From Bispira polyomma (taxonomy: Eukaryota), in NCBI GenBank assembly GCA_965649765.1, contig OZ287750.1:47864001-47928000 (forward strand): a stretch of 64,000 nt of DNA. The letters run 5' to 3'. The notes under the pieces are model-generated. The model searched no databases. It was not told where the DNA came from and saw only the letters and a list, made by a program, of their open reading frames with translations. The first letter of the stretch is position 1, and the number at the start of each line of letters is the position of its first letter. Made by a program: the position numbers and the translations under genes. Positions 36,901 to 48,900 of the stretch are shown here, piece by piece.

Positions 36901-39900
36901 AATTATAAGAAACAACAAAACATAAAAGTTTATCCAAATGCATATTAAAAAGATGTACGTTATTAGTTTGCTCAGGAAGGCAAGTAGTGAGTATATTATT
37001 AAACTAGGAACAATATGTTAAAATATTAACATTATTGTACGTTCTGAATTTACAAAATTATACATACAGTTAAGCGATTAGTCAAAAATTCATAAATACG
37101 ACATTAAGATAATAATAACTTTGATACAAGTAGTACCTACACTACACTTTCATCCTGACTGGGAAGACTTCTCTATTTAATGTTTACCATTTAACGCTGC
37201 CTTAATTCAGATCACCTTTGTAATTGTTTCGACTCACATTCACTTTCTACTACAAGCCTATTTTTTTTATGTCATACAAGTAAAAAGGTCAGGCAAGCAT
37301 ACAATATTTTAGTACTAAGTTTATGGTTAGTCTGTCATAGAAAGTTGCATTCACATACAATATTACTACATCCAACCTAACACCAACACATTAAATTGCA
37401 TTTTCATAAATGCTCCTTGGTTCCTATTGCTTTCTAAAACACGATCTCACACAGAAATTCAACATTTAAAACATCTAACCTTGGGTACGACCAAAATTGA
37501 CCAATCAGCAAGAACTATCACAAATCGATAGACAAATTGTCCATTTATTTATCGCCTTCCCTTTAGTGAATATCTACAAAGTAAACTAATCCATAACAAA
37601 AACCTCCAGTAACTGGTACCCACATTGATCCAAGTAACCCAGTAAGTTTAGTAAACACGGTGAAATAACAACATTCATCAGAATACCCTGTAAAAAGATG
37701 AAGTCTCATGCAACAGCAAAGACTAGAGATTAAAAGATTATAGTTTCTGGATTTAGAGGGGTTTAATTCCTCATACATCACCAACTAATGCTGGAAAAGC
37801 TTCATTGATAGAAAATCAAAAACCTCAACAATATTGAGGTCAGTAGCACTGATGCAGTTCTTGTGGGTAACGTTATCACAATTTTTTTTTTATTTTTTAA
37901 GTGGAAATCCTTGTTATGTAGAGGTATTTCACCTGGTCCCTTGACGTTCAACTTAAAAGGGTTCAAATGTAGATGACTGTGACATAAATGTTGTGAAAAT
38001 TATTTTATTTCATTGTGCATATGTGATATAAATCACCACTTGTGGGGTTTTTGAAAATTTATTGCCATTAATATTGTTTTATAACACACGATTTTTAGCA
38101 CTGAGAAAATTTGTGCATCTATCTGGTGCTTAACCATGGCAAAATTGGATATTCATGGTCAACGGTTGTGCCAGTTTTTGATCCAGTACCCCTTGCTCAT
38201 GGGTGGTTCAAACGGCATGCATACATTAGTCAGCATGTGACAGTGTCACAAAGAACTGGTAAAATCAAAAACTTTTATGTCATAAATAAAATTGACACAA
38301 TTTCAGCTGATACCAAATCGAAAACAGATATTTCAGCCTGCTCGAAAAGTAAGATAGTGCCAAATATTTAAACTAAGTTAAGCAGAAAGGAAAGTTTATG
38401 TCTAGAAAAGAGTGCAAGTATAGTACTGAATTTGAAGAAAGGTTAAACAAAGCAGTGCAAAGCTCTTAAGATTAAGAAAAGATACTCAAGTAATCTCATA
38501 ATTCTTAAGCCCTAATGCTATTTCATAAAGCATCGGTAAGACGGATAGTAGACAGAGAAAATTGCCAGCCCATGCACTGATGAAAAGGAGTAAAAGTTTA
38601 GCAATAAAATACCCTTACCTGAGTATGCCCAGAAATATCAGATCGAACAAGATTGAAGCCAAAGTAAAGCTACCCACTAAACGTCTATCATGTTATCATT
38701 CCCTCGCAACCATTTACGGTAGTCTCCCTGGTTACGACTTCCATCCGCCCACTATTTTTGATTTGCGATTAACGTTTTGGGTTTGTTGCGCCTTAGAATT
38801 TGTTGTACAAAGATTAAGCGCTATAAAAGTACGATTAGATTAGATTAGATTAGATTGGCACTTATAATTTCACATCTAAATCTAATGCTTATCTTTGGAT
38901 ATCTTTCGGAAATACCTTTCTAGCATGATGGCTCCTTTACATGCATTGTGGTTTTTATAATTTTAAGTCTTAGGTCCCTACAACAACATACTTTCCCAAT
39001 TCTACTTAAAAATAACTTTGACAGTAAATGACCTTAAAGTCAGAGTGATATGATTAAACACAATAAAAAAGCTGACGATTTATGTTGTGCCACGACACAT
39101 CAAGGAGAAGTTTGTCTTTGATCACACCTTGTAAACATACCAATGACATGACAATGACACGTCTCTAAGCTACTGTACTATGACAGCCTTTCCTCAAACC
39201 AGTCATCTACAAAGTCCATAGTACAGTGGAACCTCCTCTATAATCCAACATGTTGGGAGAGCAAACATTTTTTTTGATACTAGAAGGTTCATAAAATATA
39301 AGTAGGGACAGTTGACGCCTGCCTGCGGCCAATCTTTACCTTTCGTTGCCTCCCACTGCAGGGCCAAGTTGGCTTTTTTTAAACGTTGAAATATGATTTT
39401 ACTATTAGTTACACCCATACCCCAGTACGGATGGACGCACGGATGGGAGGGTATCTTATAACCCACCATATTTCTTTCAAAATTATTGGGGGACAAAAAT
39501 GAGTACATGAAAACTTAGAACAATTGAAAGGAGTTCATAAAATCTAATATTTGGTTAATAGAAGGTTAGTTAATCCTGGTTCTAATGTACTGGACAGAGT
39601 TGGAATATTATATCGGTATGAAGCCTCTCTGGAATTAATGGAGAACTTATTTTTTCTATTATTAACGTTGTATGAGGGTGTTTTTTTTATACAAATATAT
39701 AGAGGTTTTACTCTGGAATTATTGTTATTATTACAAGAGCTGATCTAGAGCTGTGATCTTCAACAAGTAATAACCATGTATCCCATCAAACATTGGAGAA
39801 AAACACATACAGCAGGCAATGAATGGTTTCATTTCCTGAGTGGCAATGATGACACAGATATAGAACACTAAAATGACAAAAACAAGCCCGCTTTTCTCCA

Positions 39901-42900
39901 TTACAAAACAAACCAAGGCAGTTTGACCTGCCCTGAACAAGACAAGAGTTTCTCTCTATACTGGCTACAACACTTAAAATAAGTAAGACTTGTCTGGTGA
40001 CACAACAATTTACCATTAACTACAGATTGATGTGCATGTGGGTGATACTCAAAGTGTTTAAATTAACAGGAAAATAGACCTGTATAGTTCAAGATTACTA
40101 AATAAAACAAGGTATTTAAGTTTACAAATCATGACAAGACTGTGTGTATTCTATTTAAGACTAATGACTAAATAGGTTAAAATTGCTCAACTAACTAGAT
40201 TTAGCATTTTAATGCAGTATGCAAATATGTATCAAGCTTCATCCATGTAATTATAACTATACATGAAGAATCCAGGTTATTTATGTTATCTGACCAAATG
40301 TAAGCTTAAAATAGAAACTCCAGATAGTGTTACACAGACCTACAACTGATATCAGCAACTAATATGAGCAAACTGTGAGGACATGTCAGGAAAATAACAG
40401 CTCCTATATTCTGTTTCAGTTATTACACTGACATACACATTGAATATCTGAATATCTTGTTTGTCCAAACATAAGAAATCAGATATCAAATATGCTTTTA
40501 TAGTACAACGCAGTGTCAAAATGTACTACAACATAGTGTCAAACTTGCTGTGAATGCAAGTACCAACAAAAGATACACATCAGACTCTTAAATCACTCCA
40601 TAAAATCATTCCACAGAAATTAAGTACAGTGATAGAAGTCAACTTAATTAAGTGCTACTGAAAAAAAGTATAATATTTTTTCAATAAAATATAAAAGATA
40701 ATTTGTGAAGAAAATTTTTAACTGGATTAATTTAGCTATTTTTAAAATTCAATGAAATTTATTAAAGTACTGATTGCTTAAATATAGAAAGGATTTAGAT
40801 ATTAATTTTCATTAGGACTTTATTTTTATTTTTCCTATTGAAGCTCATTCACTTAAACACATAAGTTAACTTCCAGTTGAAATATCCACTTAAACACCAA
40901 TTGCTTTGAGCATTTTTCTTATAACGATTTATCACCTAAGACAAATATTGAATAATTCAGGGTTTAATTCTTACTTATGGTAGTTAAACCTACCATTTCT
41001 TTGCCCTTTTTACGTAAAACCTTACACAAAAATAAAATTTGATTAAATGAATTATAAAGCACAATTTTCCCAAGCACAGATTAAAAAAGCCAGTATAGAT
41101 GAAACTGAAAAAATAGAAAACAAAGCACAAACAGAATGCACAAAGAAACACACACAACACAAAGATATCTGTGCAAGGTTTGGGGCCCTCCCAGTTTGTG
41201 GGGTGTGTTGGGGGTTAAATACTACAGTATACAGACCTGTTATATCCTCTGTAGATAACACAACGGGACATAAGATTAACATGTGGTGCCGGGGCAGGCA
41301 CACAAACACACATTAAATATTGTAAGTTGTAATAAATATCATGGAAATATCAAATATGTTGGCCATTTGCCATTAATAGAAATAATACATTTTACATGTA
41401 AAGCAAGATTATACACAAAACTGAATTTTAAAATCAATTAACTCATGCTTTCAAATTTTTCGTATTATAACTTGATTTTTTTTAAATTTAATTTAACACT
41501 TACAAACAGTATATACAATTAAAAAAAAAAGAAAAATAGTTACAATTTAAGCTCTAAACTGAAATCACCAGAGATTATGTTAAATTTCAGTGACTTGTCA
41601 CCTTTTACAATTGATTATTTTAAATTTTGAAATCTTTATTTGTACAAAAGTATTGAAGAGACAAAAAGCAGGAAACTGATTACATTGCTTAATGATGAAA
41701 GGAATGTAACTTTTACAGAAGCTATAAGGAGGTGCATGAACTGAAGGTAGCCAAGTGTTCCCCCAAGTGACAGGCATAAGGTGAAAGGTGCAAGGCTTTA
41801 TATAATATATATACATGTGAAATGACTACACATGGAGTGTGCACTCTGTGAGATGTACAGCTAGTGGTACGCAGACACAGTCAAGTCAATACTCTCAACA
41901 CACATAGTACTATTTACAAAACTCCTTTCAAATCCCCGCCACAAATTGTTTTAATATAATACAGAATTAGATTAATTTCACGTAAACATTTCAAGGCAGA
42001 TCACTGATGGAAGGAAATCAGAACAGGGTAGTTAGCCAAAGTTTTTAGCTCTGTGAACCACTGTAAACCTTCAGCATGTCCACTGCCAACATTTCCACAA
42101 TCCAGTCAGGGGCGAGAATAAAACCCTTGACTGCAGAGGTGGAAGGTAAGTATGTTACCACTACACCACTGAGGCCCCAAATATTAGATTGCCCAAATGT
42201 AGAATATTACACGGAAAGATTGCTGGTCAAATGTTTACTCAATCCCAGGTGAAAGAATATAGATCAATCTATCAGTTCAAAAAATAGCAGAGAACTTCAA
42301 CAAGTATGCAAACATAATAATATATTTCTTTTCATTTTGCACTGCTGTTTATTAAAAAGATATACTCGTAATAGATCAACCTATAACAATTTACGTCAAG
42401 ATCAATCTTTAAAATAGAATGACCGAATTAAACAAAACATCGTCCCCAAGCTTAGTTTCTGTACAATGACCTCTTAAAGCGTGTGTCAATACAAGTGAGC
42501 AAGACTTAAATGAGGACATGACAATAATAAATACAAATACTGTAGATAGTTAAGTGTGCCTGAAGCGAAAAGTAAGTGTGCAAATAGGTACATATATTAT
42601 GGAGAGAAAAAAACTATAAACTAGCTACATAGTTTACGAGTCGTGAACATTTCAAATAACAGTCATACTGCACACTGTTAAACCAGTGTAAAATTTCCAA
42701 TTTGAAATGTCACTACTATTTCAAAACAAAAATAAAACTTCAGCAAAATCACTAACAAAATACATTGTTTTGGGGGGAGTGTAAAGAGTAATTCAATCAA
42801 TTTTTGGCAGCCTATAACCACAGTCAAGTAGCAAGTTTTTTTAGCACATACAAAGTTGACAATTTGAGATATACCATAGAGAGAGCTATTTTTAAAAATA

Positions 42901-45900
42901 GGAAACAAAGATCTAAAAGAAACCTAAATAAGAGTACTACTGTACTATGATAAATATAAATATAAGAACCAAGTCTTGGAGTATTGATTGAGTACAGAAA
43001 TAAAATTTCTAAAGACAGTGAATGTAAAGAATAGATAAATCAAACTCAAAACAAGAGCAGTTTTCAGACACTCACAATAACACCAAGACTGGACGACTAT
43101 CTATCAGTGCTAATGCTAAGAAGGCTCTTTTTGATTAAATTTTTTTTTCCAACAGGAGAGAATCAATAATTTGATTGACACTTGTTTTCAGGTGCTACAA
43201 ATGACATCAAAGGGATGTGTGCTACCTGTGATGAGTCCGTTGGCCTGACGCGGGGGTTGCCAGCTGAGGGTGACAGCGGTAGGGTTCTTGGGTACACCCA
43301 CAGGGGTGAGGTCACGGGGTGCACTCGCTGGAGCTGTAAATAACAGAAAAACAGCTGTCACTGCACGCTTTATTGGCATATAAATTAAAACAGACACTTG
43401 GTATATTTTCTTGACTTCTAGAGTAACTTGATCAGTCCTGTTGAGCTATTTGCCATCATATTGGTTCTCATTTCTAGTACAGGTTTTCATCATATCAAGA
43501 AACTAGAAATAGGACGCCCTGTTAAGAGTAGCTGCAACATATGAAAAGAAACAGGATAGCATAGAAGAACACACGTTAGCATGTGTAATGTCCACCCCAT
43601 GAACCTTTTGGAACAATTGCACATTAGTCTTACAGGACTGTTTTGTTTGTAAAATATATCAACGATGCTCCAAAATTTATTAGTATACATGTAAATTATT
43701 CCAACTGCACGGACAAAATGTCGTCGGACAAAATATCGAGGGGACAAAACGGCAGTCAAAATTGCAAGGGGGACAAAATGCTGTCTAACTAAATGGTATA
43801 TAACACATTTACACAAGCACTGCCTAGTAGTGTACACCATGTAACAGATTCCTAAAAAAAATCCATCAGGAAAAATGTCCATCAAGTGAATCCCATCAGC
43901 AAAAAATCCCATCAGGAAAATTGGCCATCAGCTAAAGTGATGGGTGGGAAAATTGGCCATCAATTTTGCAAAATTTCTTCACAACAGATAATTTAACTAT
44001 TATTTATAAAAATCTGATGTAAGGTAATGATAAACTACATTTACAATTGATTAAGGTCCATTTTTTTTCAGGTTTATGTATAAGTTTCATAAGTTTATTT
44101 ATTTAAATCAAAGGAATAGTGCATAAATTTCATGTTATTTTATTTGTATCAAAAGAAGGGTGCACAAGTTTCCTAATTTTTTATTTACACCAAAGGAAGG
44201 GTGTATGTGGTGTGTCTACTCAGGCAAGATCAAGAAAAAGCTATTGTTCGTTGTATAATCTGTGCGTGAATTCTTTGAAAGCTCAGAAGAAATCAATTGA
44301 TGGGCAGTGTGTGAGAATAATAACAAATTGCTCTATCTCGCACGGTTCAGGAGATAGAAGCAAATTTGTGTTTTTGCCAAAACGGCCGCAATATTGGGGG
44401 AGAGGAAAATTTTCTGAAAATTGCCTATAGTACATTTTTTAGATACCCTGTGGGTCTAAAATTTCAACAAAATCGCTCTATCTCGCACGGTTAAGGAGAT
44501 AGAAGCAAATTTGTGTTTTTCCATTTTTGGCAAAAATTCGAAAAATCAAAATGGCCGCCATTTTTGGGGAGAGGAAAACTTTTTGAAAATTGCCAAGATT
44601 ACATTGATATGATACCCTGTGGGTCTAAAATTTCAACGAAATCCCTCTATCTCGCACGGTTAAGGAGATAGAAGCAAATTTGTGTTTTTCCATTTTGGGC
44701 AAAAATTCGAAAAATCAAAATGGCCGCCATTTTTGGGGAGAGGAAAACTTTTTGAAAATTGCCAAGATTACATTGATATGATACCCTATGGGTCTAAAAT
44801 TTTTCAACGAAATCGCTCTATCTCGCACGGTTAAGGAGATAGAAGCAAATTTCTGTTTTTCCATTTTTGGCAAAAATTCAAAAAGGCCGCCATTTTTGGG
44901 GAGAGAAATTTTTTAGAAAATTGCCAATAGTACATTTTTAGATACCCTGGGGGTTGAAAATTTTGACGAAATCGCTCTATCTCGCACGGTTAAGGAGATA
45001 GAAGCAAATTTACGTTTTTCCATTTTTGGCAAAAATTCGAAAATTCAAAATGGCCGCCATTTTTGGGGAGAGTAAAATTTTTTTCAAAATCGCCAACAGT
45101 ACATTGCTCAGATACCCTGAGGGTCGAAAATTTCGACGAAATCGCTCTATCTCGCACGGTTTAGGAGATAGACATATTTATGTTTTTTTGCTATGTAGCT
45201 ATTATTACTAAAAGTAGCTAAGTAGCTATTGCTGAGTCAGTTATATAGCTATTATCATTAAAAGCAATCCCAAGCAAGCTATTGACCTAACTATTGGTCA
45301 TACCAAATTTGGTAAAGATATGTCAAATATTTTTCCTTAAAATACCCGGAAACAAAAGAAGTACATAAAAGTAAGTAAGTAGCTATTACTCAGTTAGCTA
45401 TGGAGCTATCTTCACCAAAAGCAATCCCATGCAAGCTATTAACCCAATAAACACCCATACCAAATTTGGTAAACATAGGATACATACTTTTCCTTGAAAT
45501 GACCGGAAACCAAACGTGACGGACGGCGGACACCGGACGCTGGAAAAAGCAAAAATAATATGTCCACCCCCCCGCTGGGGTGGACATAACTCTATCTTTA
45601 GGCCTAACTATGTCACAAACAAATCTTCAAATATCAAAGTAAACACAATAATAATTGGCACAGACTACATTTTGAGAGAGAAAAGAGATCTAAGACAAAA
45701 CAGGCAGTACAACTGGGAGAATACTTTACCAGATTCAAATGTTGTGTTAAATGTGCTCAAACTCCAGGTACTTTTCCGTCGCCCTTTGATGACCTTGACA
45801 CTGAAGTCATACTCTGTGTTAGGCTTGAGTCCCTCAATGTGTGCATTCACTGTGGTGGAGTTCATGCTCTTGTACTTGCTGCTATGGGAGCCAGTGGTGG

Positions 45901-48900
45901 GTTTATAGCGTACTGTGTAGTAACGTTGATCCATAACTCTCTGGTTCTTACTTAATGTGGTGTCTGTCCATGTGAGGAGAATGGTTGTAGAGGACATTAC
46001 TCGGGCCTTGAGTCCTACAGGGGGAATCATTGGTGTACTGACCTCCTCATCTGAAAAAACACAAACTTAGCATTAGGACCTCACCTTCTTATTTAAAAAA
46101 ACAGATAGACTTGGCATTAAGACCTGACCTCTTCATCTAAAACAAAAAAACTTAGCATTAAGACCTGACCTCGTCAGAAATTTAGCATTAAGACCGTAAC
46201 TCCTCACATATATTGTCAGTCTTTAATGGACTATCTGGGACTGTGTCTCGATGTCATTACCAAACCAAAATCCTTTCCAAGAAATTCTCTTGGCTTAATT
46301 TTTTGTATTTAAGTTATAGATCAACTCTGTTTAACAATATAGACAATCCAGGCATATTAAATCTAGTTCTTTGTGGCATTTACTGAATATTATAAAAATA
46401 AATTTACTGTACAGACGTATCATAATTATGTTCCATAACAATAAGAACACTTAATTGAAAACCAAGCCTGCTCGATTTAAAGTGCATAAACTGAAAATCC
46501 AGTTTTATTGTCAAATTATGCTAACTTTACTAAGGAGTTGTTATGAGTCACTAGTTTTATCCTTTGTATACTTAACTTTTCTAAATATTGTCAAAAAATA
46601 TCAATATTAGCACAATCTACCACCTGTTGGTTGTAACACACAGGTAATTTTCTATGGAAAACACCACCAGTGAATGACATGTCTTTGAAAGCAATATCTA
46701 TCACACATCATCAAAGAATATTCAAAAAGTAGTGCTGCATTTAAAGTTAATGGAGGACAAAAATCTCTACCAAGGTATGTAATTATTATAATTATCAGCA
46801 AGGTGAAGAAACACTTCACAATTGTAATTGTTATTAGACTTTTATCGTGCTCAATCTCCCCTTAACAAAGGGGACTCTAAGGACCAGCACAAAAGACAGT
46901 AATCCAATTTCCAAAATCAAGGGACAGAAAAGGGTCAGCACCAAAGAGTGCGCCGGGGGATGATTGAGACTAAGGTCGGTATGCTTTAGTGAGTTTTAAG
47001 CTGCTTTCTAAAACAGGCTAGTGAGGGGGAAGCACGAATCACATCAGGAAGAGCATTCTAAACAATGGGAGCATCAAAAGCAAAGCTGTGACCAAACTGT
47101 TTAACCAACTTTTGAGTAGATGGGTGGAACTTCGGAACAACAAGGAAATTACTACCACAAAAATGTCATGATTAAGTACATATGATTTTAGCAGTGCTAC
47201 CACAATATTCTAGAAGGTGATAAAACTACTGATACTGAACTGGGGGAAGCTATTAACCCTGCTTTAACTTACTGTTACTTTTATTACTGTTACAATTACC
47301 TGGGTTGTAAAGATTATATCTGTACACCATTATTTGCCTGTATTACTAATTCAGTTAAAATCTATTAGCACTTACCCAAAAATAAAAATCCCTTTGGCCA
47401 TAAAACTGACTTTATAGGAATCTCTATCAAAACATGGGATTATGAGAGATCCAAGATTACTTACTTTATAAATGGTAAGAACTAAGTAAAGCGGGGGCAA
47501 GGGATATTACTTGACTAGATTGAGAGGAAAGCCCTCATCACTCACGGTGGCTCCTCCGAGCCTCCAACTGGATGTACAGAGAAACTCAGTGTTCTTATTA
47601 AAAGGACAACAACACAGCCTTTTTTTCATTACAAATGGAGAATGGCTTCCAACTTTACCTCGGTTTTATCAGATCTTTCTTTAAATTATTGGTATTACAC
47701 CAACAACAAAAAAGTGGGAAAAAACATTACAGATCTTAACAGGAAGATATAATCTCCTTGTTTTTGCTTCACTGAGCTGCAGCTTTCATATAATTATGTC
47801 CTAACGGCTCAGAAAATAAAAGGCGCACTCAATCATACAAACAACTAAATAAAACTAGAGTACTGCTTTGCAAATGAAAGGAAATTGTTTTTGCACAGCA
47901 AAAACAAAGCGTCCCAATAAGACATTGGGCAATTTTCTGCATTTTCTGTCCGAGCCCAAAATTCCGCAGAAATTGCTCTATCTGGCATCGTTTCTGAGAT
48001 AAACGCATTTTTGCATTTAACACAGAAATTCTAGTTGGCGGCCAAAAATGGTGAGAGAGTAGATTTTCAAAAAATTTTGCAAAAAAAAAAAAAAAAAAAA
48101 AAAAATTAAATTTAAACTTTTTTAAAAAAAATTAAACAAATTTTGCATAAAATTTAAAATTTTTTTTTTTTGAAACTTTTAAAAACTGTTTTTTTTTAAA
48201 TTTTTTATTTTTTTAAAAATTATGAAAATTTAGACTTTTTTGAAAAATGTTAAATTTTCTTAAGCAAGTTGCTGAGTTCTGAGTATACCTTCTGGACCCA
48301 AAATTCAGTCGAAATCGCTCTATCTCGCACCGTTTCCGAGATATCAAGGACTTTTCATTTTCTTTGTTGAAATATAAAGATTTTTTAAAAATTTAAAAAT
48401 TTTGAAAATTTCAACTTTTTGACTTTTTAAAAAAATTTAAATATTTTTGAATTTTACCAAAAATTTTAAATTTTTAAATTTTTAGCTATAGCCAATAGAA
48501 AAGGCGGGAGCCGGCCCCTTCGGCGTGAATTTTCTCCTGTATACAAAACAAGGGAAATTATTTTTGTCACGTATTTTCAATTGGCTATAGCTCAGCAACC
48601 ACTGGGTGGATTTTCTTCAAATTTGGCACATGTATGCAGTAGCCCTTGGGCAAATTGTCAATATAGTGTCATCACATTTCGACCAATCAGAGAAGTCACA
48701 TGACCAAAAATGCATAAATTTTTCTCCTATATACAAAACAATCGCCCTTACGGGACGCCTAATTGACATTTGCTGCCTTGAGGAATCTTTTTTTTTAAAT
48801 TTAAAAACAGTTTAGTTGAATTAGGAATTATGTAAGAGGAAAAATATGTGAAATTTCCTTGATATTTTCCCACAAGACACTCCCTTCCAGAGATACAGAT

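Noticed and set aside
38611-38640. Recursive splice site (ctcag|gtaagg)
   Set aside because: Weak pyrimidine tract, the intron is only 6.5 kb, and it is adjacent to a LINE remnant; such a motif can occur by chance.
39811-39835. 25-nt internal microexon (ctcag...|gtatgt)
   Set aside because: Not a multiple of 3; it would frameshift FN6. Kept only as a possible terminal or poison exon.
45516-45908. Plus-strand ORFs overlapping receptor exons (also 60527-60856, 33809-34135, 36531-36716, 19151-19384, 28321-28530)
   Set aside because: Antisense shadows of GC-richer coding exons.
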